Part shown: piece after piece, positions 37,528 to 51,390 of the stretch
Layout: every line of letters begins with the position of its first letter
Position numbering within the stretch: position 1 is the stretch's first letter
Assembly: GCF_001194135.2 (NCBI RefSeq)
Contig: NC_068984.1
Location: 23,174,822 to 23,238,821 of the forward strand
Source: Octopus bimaculoides
Lineage: Eukaryota
DNA length: 64,000 bases
Direction: 5' to 3'
Notes under the pieces: model-generated
Told to the model about the DNA's origin: nothing
The model's database searches: none
What the model saw: the letters and a program-made list of their open reading frames with translations, nothing else
Position numbers and translations under genes: made by a program

Positions 37528-37927
37528 TTTCTTTTACTTGTTTCAGTCATTTGACTGCGGCCATGCTTGAGTACCGCCTTTAGTCGAATCAAATCGACCC
37601 CAGGACTTATTCTTTGTAAGCCTAACACTTATTCTATCGTCTCTTTTTGCCGAACCGCTAAGTTACGGGGACGTAAACACACCAGCATCGGTTGTCAAGC
37701 GATGTTGGGGGGACAAACACAGATACACAACATATACACACATACATATATATATACATATATACGACGGGCTTCTTTCAGTTTCCGTCTACCAAATCCA
37801 CTCACAAGGCTTTGGTCGGCTCGAGGCTATAGTAGAAGACACTTGCCCAAGGTGCCACGCAGTGGGACTGAACCCGGAACCATGTGGTTGGTAAGCAAGC
37901 TACTTACCACACAGCCACTCCTGCGCC
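37528..37927 (-). mobile_element. Full-length SINE family A
   Basis: tRNA-like head with A/B boxes, CORE-like motif, internal (TA/CA)n and a gagtaaaa-type tail. Confidence 0.9.
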
Positions 37928-38246
37928 TATACATACTTTCACATTGTATTTTCATTTTCACTTCGTATTTTCCTTTTGTCATGTTTTGCATTTAGTTTGA
38001 TGTGCATAGCTGTGTAGCTAAAGGTTTACTGCACCAAACTCTGCAATTATATTCACTATCTATCATGATGCATGTATTGCATTTTCTATTTTACTACTTG
38101 TTTGCAAGAACATGTTTCTGTTACCTCGTTTTGCTTAGTTTCTGCCCTGGATCGCTACAATGGTTCTGCTTATCGACTGTTCGTCTGAGACGGGAGTTAT
38201 GTAGTGACCCCTGGTGGCTACGACGGCAAGCAAAATAGAAAAGGTA

Positions 38247-38677
38247 TGTAACGAGAGTAATCTCTCTCGAGCTTCTAGAATGTTCGAGACCTTTCTGGAA
38301 GCTTCCGGTTTTACGTGGAAGTTGAGGGCTTCCGGTCCATCCCTTATGTAAAGGAAAGAGATTCTAAATTCGCGGCATACAGTGCTTGTTGATTTTTCGA
38401 CATGCATTGGGTCAGGCCGCCGCACTTTACGCCCGCTCACATTTTCGTTCGCCTTTCTTACTTGGAGACATGTGACTGCAACCAGAACATATTCATGTAA
38501 TGTTATAAGCTTCCTTCTATTAACCTTGTATGTTAACGCATTCCCTCCAATAATAAAAGTTATGACTTATTACAAGCGTTTCGTGAATTCTATTCTCTTG
38601 TTGTTATGAGCAAAAACAGTGACTTCCTTTACTCTCATACTGACTAAATTATAATGTGCCATTAAGTCAACGTTACA
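38247..38677. mobile_element. Possible solo LTR
   Basis: Termini TGTAACG...CGTTACA (7-bp inverted, TG...CA), 431 bp, with aataaaa at ~38553. No TSD seen. Confidence 0.4.
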
Positions 38678-38689
38678 ACTAAAAATGGA

Positions 38690-40530
38690 TAAGCCTGACA
38701 CGGACTATACAGTTTTGGAAGTAACAGAACAATATTACAAAAGGAAAAGGACGAAAAAAATGCAGTGGTTAACAGACAGAACATTAGATAAAATTGGAGA
38801 CTATCTGCAAAACACCGGTGGTATGGCACCATCTGGATCTATACTATATCAATATCCGAACTATAAAATTCAAATCATGATGAAAAAAGTATGAATACAT
38901 TAACAAAATTCCTGATGAGAATGAAAAAAAAAAGTTAATCTAAAGATCATTCCAAAGTAGACAAGCTAATAAGGAAACAAAAGTTGGAGCAAGAAATAAT
39001 GCTACCAAAAACAATGATAGTTTTATAAAGAAAAAAAGGAATGGAATGAATACTTTTTTCGAGAAGACAACACATGTTAATCAAAACAGGAAGCGATAAA
39101 AAAGTGATCAAAGTCAAAATTGCGTTACAGGTACAAAACCGTCACAGGTAATGTCTGAACTGAAAAAAAAAATTGTAAAGAGACGAAAAGTATGAAAAAT
39201 CTGAAAAATGACAAAAATCAAGAACAGATAATATAGGAGCAGAACTTGGATAAAATGGCAAAGAAATCTCAGTGAAATTGCTACATTGTCTGTGCAAAAA
39301 AATATGGAATATAAATTTTGACCAAATGATTAGATTAAATCAATTTTCATTACATTACCAAAAATGAAAAAAGAAATCATAATGCAAATTAAAATAAATA
39401 AAGAATATTTGTGTTGCTAAATCATACTAATAAATCTGAACATTGTCGATACTAATAAAATCAAATATGAAATAGAAATAATGTAAAGAAGTTGGTTTTA
39501 AAACTAGAAAATTAGAGAAATGCTATTTTTAACCTCAAAAAAAAATATTATTAAAGAGTATAATGAATAATTATGTATTGCTTTTATCGACTATAAAAAA
39601 CTTTTGACAAATTGTGATGGCAAAAAATGGATCTCCTGAAAATTTTATAGAATTTAAAAAAAAAACAATTTATTCTCAGCAAACGACAACTGCTAGCGTT
39701 AATGTAAGCATTACGAAGTGGTTTGAGATTGAGCGAAAGGTATGACAAGGATGTATCCTTTCTTCTTCGTTTAATATACTCTTTACTCTTTTACTTGTTT
39801 CAGTCATTTGACTGCGGCCATGCTGGAGCACCGCCTTTAGTCGAGCAAATCGACCCCAGGACTTATTCTTTGTAAGCCTAGTACTTATTCTATCGGTCTC
39901 TTTTTGCCGAACCGCTAAGTTACGGGGACGTAAACACACCAGCATCGGTTGTCAAGCGATGGTGGGGGGGACAAACACAGACACACAAACACACACACAC
40001 ATATATATATATACATATATATGACGGGCTTCTTTCAGTTTCCATCTACCAAATCCACTCACAAGGCTTTGGTCGGCCCGAGGCTATAGTAGAAGACACT
40101 TGCCCAAGGTCCCACGCAGTGGGACTGAACCCAGAACCATGTGGTTGGTAAGCAAGCTACTTACCACACAGCCACTCCTGCGCCTATGTATGTAGGAGCG
40201 AAGAATGTTTTAGATGATTTTGAAGATACAGATAAAATGGGTGGAAGAATGGTTACGAATCTCATATATATTGATGATGCGGTGCTTATTGCGGACAGAT
40301 TAGAAATATTTGGGAATTCGATAGTGAAAGAAATGTATAAAATGGTTTAACCATTAATTTTAATAAAGCTAAATCGATGATTATCTCGTGAACATATGGC
40401 CGAGATAATCTACTAATAATTCATAATCAAACTGACATAGTTGTGAATGAGCCTTACTATCTAGGAAGTATTATTACTAAGCAATCTGATGACAGGAAAG
40501 ATATAAAAGAAATTGAATGACAAAATGTTT
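38690..40530 (+). mobile_element. Highly decayed RTE-like LINE interrupted by a SINE
   Basis: KRKRTKKMQWLT, AFIDYKK.FD, KWFEIERKV*QGCILSSSFNI, and after the SINE, GGRMVTNLIYIDDAVLIA (YADD-like box). Confidence 0.75.
39779..40184 (-). mobile_element. Full-length SINE family A, inserted in the LINE RT region
   Basis: Near-identical to the 37528-37927 copy. Confidence 0.92.
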
Positions 40531-40811
40531 AAACTGGATTTGGAAAAACCCATTACGTAAAAAAAAACAGAAAGAAGAAGCCAATCAAATCGAAATTGCA
40601 TTGCTGCACACTATCATATTTCTATGAACAACGAATGGATCTGAATACTGACTCTTAAAGCAGCCATTACCGACGAACTAGTATGGCTTAGTAACAAGTA
40701 CTTCGCTTTCACTAGTAGTTTTTTGGTGCTTATATAGTCACGAGCAGATATAGACCTGTTGATTCTGCTACCTTTTGACCCAGGGGCTCATACAGGATGA
40801 TACATCTGAAG

Positions 40812-40917
40812 GGAAGAGAGAGAGAGAGAGAGAAGGAGAGAGAGGAGGAGAGAGAGAAGGAGAGAGAGAGAAGGAGAGAGGGAGAGAGAAGGAGAGAGAG
40901 AAAGAGAGAGAGAAGGA

Positions 40918-40953
<36 letters not shown>

Positions 40954-41005
40954 AGGAGGGAGAGAGAAGGAAAGAGAGAGAAGGAGGAAAAAAAGAGAGA
41001 GAGAG
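40812..41005 (+). repeat. Homopurine (GA/GGAGA)n tract
   Basis: Direct reading of the sequence. Confidence 0.9.
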
Positions 41006-41590
41006 AAGACGTTTATTTTCAACTGAGGAAACTGGAGCAACGTGAAATGAAGTGCATTGCTCAAGGATACGATGCACGACATTATGATTGTAAACAACAT
41101 TCTAACCATTATACCAGGCACAAGAAGTAGACAAGGAATTCTGAATTTTGATGTTACGGAAGGACGCTATGAACNNNNNNNNNNNNNNNNNNNNNNNNNN
41201 NNNNNNNNNNNNNNNNNNNNNNNNNNNNNNNNNNNNNNNNNNNNNNNNNNNNNNNNNNNNNNNNNNNNNNNNNNNNNNNNNNNNNNNNNNNNNNNNNNNN
41301 NNNNNNNNNNNNNNNNNNNNNNNNNNNNNNNNNNNNNNNNNNNNNNNNNNNNNNNNNNNNNNNNNNNNNNNNNNNNNNNNNNNNNNNNNNNNNNNNNNNN
41401 NNNNNNNNNNNNNNNNNNNNNNNNNNNNNNNNNNNNNNNNNNNNNNNNNNNNNNNNNNNNNNNNNNNNNNNNNNNNNNNNNNNNNNNNNNNNNNNNNNNN
41501 NNNNNNNNNNNNNNNNNNNNNNNNNNNNNNNNNNNNNNNNNNNNNNNNNNNNNNNNNNNNNNNNNNNNNNNNNNNNNNNNNNNNNNNNNN

Positions 41591-41640
<50 letters not shown>

Positions 41641-41699
41641 TAAAACTGAAACTTCCATTTGGTGAGGCTAAATTTCCTGTCTCAGACTGATAAGCATAA

Positions 41700-41960
41700 A
41701 GTTACAGAAATGCACCAGCTTCTGTCCCACAGGCAATCTGTTGTCTCCTTTCTTTCCCTTTCTAACCGCTATCATAATGGCCTCTGCTATTTGGACTAAC
41801 TGAACTCAAGCTATCTCTGCTCAAACATTCTCGACCCGCTCGTTCCACCTCCTCTCATAATTCTAACCACTAACAGCCATGCATAGTCGTTCCTCCTGGA
41901 ATTCTCTTCTCGTTCACATTTCTCCGCAGTTGCTGACTTACAAATGTGAGCGAGAAACCT
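41700..41960 (+). mobile_element. Degenerate L2/CR1-group LINE 3' fragment
   Basis: ctttccctttctaaccgctatcataatggcctctgc resembles an SLFYRYHNGxC-type C-terminal motif; heavily mutated. Confidence 0.45.
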
Positions 41961-42330
41961 TCATGGTATTGATCACACTGGAATACGAAAGCCTGCAAAG
42001 GTTATCAGCACTGCATCTTCATCCAGACCCAACAAGCCCTCCTCCCAGCGAAAAAAAAAATTTTCAATCGCATTGAGTAGTGTATTCTTGAACTTCTAAT
42101 TTCATTTACAGTATGTATGTATGTATGTATGCATGTATGTATGCATGTACGTATGCATGTACTCATGCATGCATGTATGCATGCATATATGTCTGTACGT
42201 ATATATGTATGAGAGTGTGTATATATGTGTGAGTGTATGTCTGTGTCTGCGTATGTATATGTATGCCTACATGTATGTAATATAGGCATGGGTGTGTGTA
42301 TATAAATATTTGTATATATATAAATGTATG

Positions 42331-42410
<80 letters not shown>

Positions 42411-43112
42411 AATTTGACATGGACGATTCTTTCTTGTCTTGGGATTCACGGTCAAACGGCTGGGTGGAATTGCGCGAAAAATTACACAGATGTGTAGAAC
42501 GATCAGGCAGTGATGCTGGGCTTTGTATTCTTTTTACATAACTCCCATGGTTACCAAGACAATCTACTATAATAATACGCTTGTGTTTATGAATGACAAA
42601 GGAGGTGGGTGATAGATGAATAGGGAAGGAAGTGGTGATGTCACACTTGGTAGTGGGATGATGAAAATTGTACGCTGAAAAAAAAATCAAACAGCGTTTT
42701 AACTTTGTGTGAATATATGTGTGTATGTAAAAGGGGGTATGTCAATGTGTGTGTATGTGTGTGCGGGCGTGTGTGTGTGTGTGTGTGTGCGTGCGTGTGC
42801 GCGCGCAATGGAAGTAGGATGGTTCATCTTTGTTTGCTTAGTATTTGGGCTTATTTTTTGATTTGGTTGGATCTTGGTTTGTTTTTTTTGTTGGTCAGTT
42901 ATTTTTAGAGTTTAGACAGAAAAAAGTCATTCTAAAATTGTTTTTTAACGTAAGCGTGCTCAAACAAGTTGAATGCTTACACAGAGCAGGTTTTACAGCC
43001 ATATCATCCAAACCGACCGGGTGAAACCGGGCTTAGCTGCTAGTATATATATAGTATACACACATAAACATACACACCAACACACACATACGCGCGCGCG
43101 CGCAAATGCACA

Positions 43113-43168
<56 letters not shown>

Positions 43169-44516
43169 AAATATGTTTGCTGCATTCCTGAAAAGAATTT
43201 TTGTTTATTAAAAAATAACTTTTGAAGTAATTGAATTTAACAACTTGCATGACAAAGTATAAAGAACAATAGCGTAGAAAGACTGACAGCGACACCTGTT
43301 ATAGAGCTTTTGCATATTTTGTTGTTATTAATGATGTTATTATTGAGGTTGCTTTGATGTTGTTTTTCAATAGTAAACATTATCTTGGAAGGTGGTTAAA
43401 GATAATATATTACAGTATCATATATCGTACTTCAGATATTTTTGCTTCAGGCTATGTTAAAATTTGGAATGTGAAAAGACTGAATGGCTAAAATTTCGTT
43501 TCATTTTTTTTTTTTTTAATGAAAATCTTTTAGTTATTAGCTTTTTGGATAAACAAACAGCCTCTTAGACTCAACCATTGGCTCCTTATTGTGTCTGGGG
43601 GCATAGAATTAACTGGAGAAAAAAATAAACCACTCCNNNNNNNNNNNNNNNNNNNNNNNNNNNNNNNNNNNNNNNNNNNNNNNNNNNNNNNNNNNNNNNN
43701 NNNNNNNNNNNNNNNNNNNNNNNNNNNNNNNNNNNNNNNNNNNNNNNNNNNNNNNNNNNNNNNNNNNNNNNNNNNNNNNNNNNNNNNNNNNNNNNNNNNN
43801 NNNNNNNNNNNNNNNNNNNNNNNNNNNNNNNNNNNNNNNNNNNNNNNNNNNNNNNNNNNNNNNNNNNNNNNNNNNNNNNNNNNNNNNNNNNNNNNNNNNN
43901 NNNNNNNNNNNNNNNNNNNNNNNNNNNNNNNNNNNNNNNNNNNNNNNNNNNNNNNNNNNNNNNNNNNNNNNNNNNNNNNNNNNNNNNNNNNNNNNNNNNN
44001 NNNNNNNNNNNNNNNNNNNNNNNNNNNNNNNNNNNNNNNNNNNNNNNNNNNNNNNNNNNNNNNNNNNNNNNNNNNNNNNNNNNNNNNNNNNNNNNNNNNN
44101 NNNNNNNNNNNNNNNNNNNNNNNNNNNNNNNNNNNNNNNNNNNNNNNNNNNNNNNNNNNNNNNNNNNNNNNNNNNNNNNNNNNNNNNNNNNNNNNNNNNN
44201 NNNNNNNNNNNNNNNNNNNNNNNNNNNNNNNNNNNNNNNNNNNNNNNNNNNNNNNNNNNNNNNNNNNNNNNNNNNNNNNNNNNNNNNNNNNNNNNNNNNN
44301 NNNNNNNNNNNNNNNNNNNNNNNNNNNNNNNNNNNNNNNNNNNNNNNNNNNNNNNNNNNNNNNNNNNNNNNNNNNNNNNNNNNNNNNNNNNNNNNNNNNN
44401 NNNNNNNNNNNNNNNNNNNNNNNNNNNNNNNNNNNNNNNNNNNNNNNNNNNNNNNNNNNNNNNNNNNNNNNNNNNNNNNNNNNNNNNNNNNNNNNNNNNN
44501 NNNNNNNNNNNNNNNN

Positions 44517-44750
44517 CTATACGAAAAATTCGACAGAAACCTAAATCTAAAGATGAATTGTTTCGAGTGTTGCGTGAAAAGTGGGTAGAAATTCCACAAG
44601 AGACAATCACAAAGCTCATCAGTTCAATGCCAAAAAGTTTCTCAATTTAAAACTGCAAATGGAATGTCAACTAAATACTAAAGTATGTAGTCCTATCTAT
44701 CGATCACATTTCAATTGTTCGCTTTGCGTATTAAATAAAAGATTTTGAAA
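44517..44750 (+). mobile_element. Tc1-type transposase 3' end emerging from an N-gap
   Basis: IRKIRQKPKSKDELFRVLREKWVEIPQETITKLISSMPK...ANGMSTKY*. Confidence 0.8.
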
Positions 44751-45600
44751 ATTAAATGTGTCTATTTACTTCCTGCATGTCTGTGTGTATATATATATAT
44801 ATATATACACATACATACATACATACATACATACATACATACATACATACATTTATATGTATGTATGTATCCCATCCACTTCTGATCATTTCAGTATGGA
44901 GTGAGTGTCTAACTGAGTTACTTTGTTTTTATCTCCACTTTTTATTCTCTTCGTGTATTCCTTCTGTAGAAGAGCAAATGCTCGAAATGTAAAAGACATA
45001 AATGACCGTATCGGTGTGTGTATATGTGTGTGTGAGTGTATGTGCATATGTATGTATAAACCGAGCAAATGGGCATCGGTAATTAAGAAGGCGTAAAAGC
45101 GAATAAATCTCTATGTAAGATAATCTTATTGATTATCAAAAGAATTTTTTTCAGATCAAGAAGAAATGAAACTAAGTTTCTGGAATGGTCAGAAAGACAA
45201 GTAGATATATGGGGGTGTGGACAATGGGTCATCTGAAGGAAAGCAGCAGCAGAAAATAACGATTAAAGATACTTTTTGTCCATCTCCTAAGACAGAAAAA
45301 GAGACAAGTTTACAATGAAATAAAAAGACAGGATGTTAGTTTTGATCTACATTTGTTGTTGTTTGTTTTTGTTTCCATTAAGGGATGTAAAAGTGGGTTG
45401 TGGACAGTCCAATAAGCTGTTTAATGAGTTGCCCTGTAAATAAGTTATCCTGGCGTTCCATGTAGTGGGCATGTTAGTCTACTCGCTTAGCCAACAGGGT
45501 GGCATTATTCGGAAGCCAAACCAATGCGAAGGAGCGTATTGTGACCAGCAGTTACATCCGATAGTCTGGTCGATACAGCCATACAGTTGTGTATGTGTGT

Positions 45601-45636
<36 letters not shown>

Positions 45637-46059
45637 NNNNNNNNNNNNNNNNNNNNNNNNNNNNNNNNNNNNNNNNNNNNNTATATGTTCTTTGCTTGAT
45701 TGCCTGTCTCTCTATCTCCCGCTTTCCCTCTCTCTCCCTTTCGCTCTCTCTCTACCTTCCTCTCTCTCTCTCTGACTATCCGGAACTAGTAATTCCCAGG
45801 AAACTGAGACTATAAAAGCATAAAATCATTGATTCCAGGAACAGAGCCAAAGTTTTATTTTTCATTTTTTTAAATCTCTTATTTAATGGTTTAAAAATCT
45901 GAGCTCTCGAAAACAATCATGAACGTAAATATTTGTTCCATAAAAAAACAATAAATAAAAGAATCATGTATATTTGCATAAAGGAAGTTGGAGGAATAAT
46001 TCTAAAAGCAGAGAACAGTTTCTGCAAGTTAACAGATCAATGCCCAGTAATTTCAAACA

Positions 46060-46891
46060 TATTCCAACACTGACAATGGTTTTTGTATCGCAAGTTTATT
46101 TGAATACTTTCTTGATTGTGTTACTGACAACATTTAATCTCTGTATACATAATAATGATGTTCCTATTAATGGATTTGGTATATCAATTATCATGGGTTT
46201 GGCCTCAGACTGGAAATGGGATGGTTCCTATGACAAAATGACGAATGCTCTTCTATTCGGTTTCTTTGCGAGTGAAGTTTCTGAGGGCAAAAATTGGAAA
46301 TCAGCAACTATTTCAAATGCTTAATCAAATCAATTATATTTTTATGTCTATGCTGTTGATCCTCATCCACAAATGGATTTTCTTACGTTTCATCGTCGTT
46401 GCGTCATTGGTAAAATGAATTTCTTTACAATTTATTTAAGTTTTCTTAGAGTACATCAAAAAACAAGCAAACGAAGTCAACGTGCGCAACACAATTGATC
46501 TTTCCAGTTAATATCCTAACCAAATTAAACAGTGATACTTACTCACTCTAACAGCTACGACTACAACAATATTGTTTTCCAAATTAAATTTGAATTCAGG
46601 TTTTATTTTTAATGGTCAATACTTAGTTTTTCCAGCAGCAAACTTCTATAAATTCTGATCATTCTTAATTTTCAGAATTTACCCGAAGAGAGTATATTTA
46701 TATTATGATATCCGTGATTACTCAAAGAGGTATACTCATCCGAAGAAAATACCGAAATTTTCAGGGTTCCTCTTTTAATTATTTTATTAACTATATTTCT
46801 TTTATCCAAATCGTATGGAATCGTCTGTGCTAAATGAGAACCAGTCGTTAGTAAAACGAAATCTTTATCCGTAATAGCTTTTCTAATAAAA
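46060..46891 (-). pseudogene. Decayed coding-like relic, weakly ISXO2/Merlin-like
   Basis: A 72-codon open frame from the gap (…IIKRGTLKISVFSSDEYTSLSNHGYHNINI…) and a downstream ENPFVDEDQQHRHKNIIDLIKHLK. The resemblance is by eye only. Confidence 0.25.
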
Positions 46892-48616
46892 NNNNNNNNN
46901 NNNNNNNNNNNNNNNNNNNNNNNNNNNNNNNNNNNNNNNNNNNNNNNNNNNNNNNNNNNNNNNNNNNNNNNNNNNNNNNNNNNNNNNNNNNNNNNNNNNN
47001 NNNNNNNNNNNNNNNNNNNNNNNNNNNNNNNNNNNNNNNNNNNNNNNNNNNNNNNNNNNNNNNNNNNNNNNNNNNNNNNNNNNNNNNNNNNNNNNNNNNN
47101 NNNNNNNNNNNNNNNNNNNNNNNNNNNNNNNNNNNNNNNNNNNNNNNNNNNNNNNNNNNNNNNNNNNNNNNNNNNNNNNNNNNNNNNNNNNNNNNNNNNN
47201 NNNNNNNNNNNNNNNNNNNNNNNNNNNNNNNNNNNNNNNNNNNNNNNNNNNNNNNNNNNNNNNNNNNNNNNNNNNNNNNNNNNNNNNNNNNNNNNNNNNN
47301 NNNNNNNNNNNNNNNNNNNNNNNNNNNNNNNNNNNNNNNNNNNNNNNNNNNNNNNNNNNNNNNNNNNNNNNNNNNNNNNNNNNNNNNNNNNNNNNNNNNN
47401 NNNNNNNNNNNNNNNNNNNNNNNNNNNNNNNNNNNNNNNNNNNNNNNNNNNNNNNNNNNNNNNNNNNNNNNNNNNNNNNNNNNNNNNNNNNNNNNNNNNN
47501 NNNNNNNNNNNNNNNNNNNNNNNNNNNNNNNNNNNNNNNNNNNNNNNNNNNNNNNNNNNNNNNNNNNNNNNNNNNNNNNNNNNNNNNNNNNNNNNNNNNN
47601 NNNNNNNNNNNNNNNNNNNNNNNNNNNNNNNNNNNNNNNNNNNNNNNNNNNNNNNNNNNNNNNNNNNNNNNNNNNNNNNNNNNNNNNNNNNNNNNNNNNN
47701 NNNNNNNNNNNNNNNNNNNNNNNNNNNNNNNNNNNNNNNNNNNNNNNNNNNNNNNNNNNNNNNNNNNNNNNNNNNNNNNNNNNNNNNNNNNNNNNNNNNN
47801 NNNNNNNNNNNNNTATATATATGTATATATATATACATACATACATACATACATACATACATACATACATACATACATACATACATACATACATACATTA
47901 TCAAGCATTGTCCATAAGTCAAATAAAAAAACACAATCCGTATAAAAGCAAGAATATTTTTTTATATTATTGGTATGGTATATACTTGTACAGAATGTTA
48001 CCGTCGGTTTCGCGAAGATATTACTACTCGATAATGTTGATGACTCTTCAGACATTCTGTCTGGAAGTGTATAGTCTCTTTGATGTTGAAGTTTATACAT
48101 TTAGACTCTAAGTATATATACATTAAGTTGCCTCAGTGGTGGTAATAAACGGAATGAAACATAGTGAAAAAAAGAAAACAATTTTGGTAGGGTAGGAAAG
48201 AAGAGATATTCTCTATGGATTGGTGTTAGCCATTGGTCAAGCATGTAAACTGTGTGTGTATATATCTCGTTCCCTGTCACCAAAATGAATTTATGCTCAT
48301 AAAGTCAGCATCCGAGAATTTCATTTTTCGAGTTGAGTGTGTTGACATAGGAATATTCCAGAGTGTGCGTCACCTGCTTTCATTAAAATACGACCCAGAA
48401 AAATCCCGCAATCTCCAGATGATCCTATATGGCGTTTCTTCTTTTAATCGTCAAATACAACTGGCTAAAGTTGCAACATTACGCCTTATTTAAATTCTAA
48501 AAGAGGGTCTCTGACTATTCAGCCTTGCCTTATAAGGGGCCTTCTGCTGCTCCGACGTAATTCCTCTTCTGCGTCATCCATAGATGTTGATCGACACTGC
48601 TTCTGCTTCGTAGGCC

Positions 48617-48649
<33 letters not shown>

Positions 48650-48686
48650 TGTATGTATGTATGTATGTATGTATGAATAGGCCAAA

Positions 48687-48919
48687 CAGGGTTGGCCAAA
48701 AGTCAGCTGACAGTAAATCAAAACCATTTAACTCTAAGATTTATTTATTTTTAACTATTGAGTGAATTTAATAAAAGCATCTAAATATGAAACATCATGA
48801 AAATTGTTCAAACTGAAGTCCTTATTGAGTGACACATTTTTCCATTCGAGTCAATACAAAATTTCAGACAGTATTGATGGAATTTTGATTTACTGTCGGG
48901 TGACTTTTGGCCAACCTTG
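48687..48919. mobile_element. Tc1/mariner-type MITE
   Basis: TIR cagggttggccaaaagtcagctgacagtaaatcaaaa / ttttgatttactgtcgggtgacttttggccaaccttg; TA on the right flank. Confidence 0.75.
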
Positions 48920-49029
48920 TATGCATAAATATTACATATTCACATATATGTATATATGTATATATATATATATCATACACGTGCGCGCACACGTACACAC
49001 ACACAGGTACATACACACACACTCACATA

Positions 49030-49079
<50 letters not shown>

Positions 49080-49602
49080 ATAATAATAGTGTAAAATAAA
49101 TAGAATGGCTTCAACTACTAACAGAAACCGGGTCATTGACTCAGATCCAAAAATTCATTGTTATATTCTTTAGCACCAATCAATCATGAAAAACTATATT
49201 AGACTGCCTCCGAAATAATCCCATTCAAAAATTTCAATCCATTCAATATCTCTTTCTCTATCTCTCTGTCTCTTTCTCTATCTCTCTGTCTCTTTCTCAC
49301 TCTCTCCCCCTCTCTGTCTCCCTCTCACTTCTTCTCTCCTTGTCTACTCCCCTCTCTCTACGATATACGTGTATAATAAATATATGTTAATAAATATGAG
49401 TTAAACAAGAATCACATCAATTAACATATCTAAAAGTACGCACATCCAACATTTAGCCGTATTGTGCACTTTTGCTCTTTTTATCACAATATAAATAGAA
49501 ACTGCATAAATATATATTCATGTATATATGCGTGCCTATGTATGTAGCAATGTATGCGTACACACACACACACATATATAAACATATGGTTACATACCTA
49601 CG

Positions 49603-49686
<84 letters not shown>

Positions 49687-50216
49687 CACATACACTCTCA
49701 AATACATACATACATACACACATACATGCATACATACATACGTGCACACACACGTACATGTTTGTGTACGCATTCATGAGTAGAAAAATCTCATGTGGAT
49801 GCGTTTGCGCACATCTGCGTCTTGCCAAACCTATTTCCTGATTGCAAATTACAGAGAGAAAAACAAAATCGCTTGTTTATCCTGGTGAAATTACCATTAA
49901 ACGTTGAGATTACAATAAAATAAAAGCTGATTATCTACGGCTTTTGGCTTCTCAGAAATTAATACTGGGGAAAACTATTCTTTAATTAAAACAACCGACA
50001 AAGTAATTTTGAAATGCACGGTTGCCTCCTCTAGATTTCGTGTTTAATTCGTCTTTATCTATTTCTCCCAGCATTCTTTCAGTCCTTCCTTTTGTTTTTC
50101 TGTTTATATTGCTATCTTTTTTATAGTGTTCTGTTGGTTTTTATCAGATATAAGATGATTTTGGTATTTGTTCATGTTTCCTTCCACCCGTCTGACAGTG
50201 TTTTCTTTCCTAACTC

Positions 50217-50250
<34 letters not shown>

Positions 50251-51325
50251 CACACACACTAACTTTACAGTTTTCTAATCAAAACTGAAGCTGCGAGTTT
50301 GTCTCCAGACTCGAATTTCACTTCAGACAAAAAACCATATACTCTACAACCTGTATTGAGTACTCCTTTGTCATTCTCTCGAATCAAAGTATACGCGTAT
50401 ACATACATACATACATACACACACATACATACACATACACACACACACACACACACNNNNNNNNNNNNNNNNNNNNNNNNNNNNNNNNNNNNNNNNNNNN
50501 NNNNNNNNNNNNNNNNNNNNNNNNNNNNNNNNNNNNNNNNNNNNNNNNNNNNNNNNNNNNNNNNNNNNNNNNNNNNNNNNNNNNNNNNNNNNNNNNNNNN
50601 NNNNNNNNNNNNNNNNNNNNNNNNNNNNNNNNNNNNNNNNNNNNNNNNNNNNNNNNNNNNNNNNNNNNNNNNNNNNNNNNNNNNNNNNNNNNNNNNNNNN
50701 NNNNNNNNNNNNNNNNNNNNNNNNNNNNNNNNNNNNNNNNNNNNNNNNNNNNNNNNNNNNNNNNNNNNNNNNNNNNNNNNNNNNNNNNNNNNNNNNNNNN
50801 NNNNNNNNNNNNNNNNNNNNNNNNNNNNNNNNNNNNNNNNNNNNNNNNNNNNNNNNNNNNNNNNNNNNNNNNNNNNNNNNNNNNNNNNNNNNNNNNNNNN
50901 NNNNNNNNNNNNNNNNNNNNNNNNNNNNNNNNNNNNNNNNNNNNNNNNNNNNNNNNNNNNNNNNNNNNNNNNNNNNNNNNNNNNNNNNNNNNNNNNNNNN
51001 NNNNNNNNNNNNNNNNNNNNNNNNNNNNNNNNNNNNNNNNNNNNNNNNNNNNNNNNNNNNNNNNNNNNNNNNNNNNNNNNNNNNNNNNNNNNNNNNNNNN
51101 NNNNNNNNNNNNNNNNNNNNNNNNNNNNNNNNNNNNNNNNNNNNNNNNNNNNNNNNNNNNNNNNNNNNNNNNNNNNNNNNNNNNNNNNNNNNNNNNNNNN
51201 NNNNNNNNNNNNNNNNNNNNNNNNNNNNNNNNNNTATATATATTAGCGTGTATATGCATATAAATATATGTGTGTACATACAAAGTATATATACACTGAC
51301 AAATAGATAGATAGATAGATAGATC

Positions 51326-51390
<65 letters not shown>

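Noticed and set aside
45974-46324. 116-aa plus-strand ORF
   Set aside because: No homology; likely the antisense shadow of the decayed minus-strand relic.
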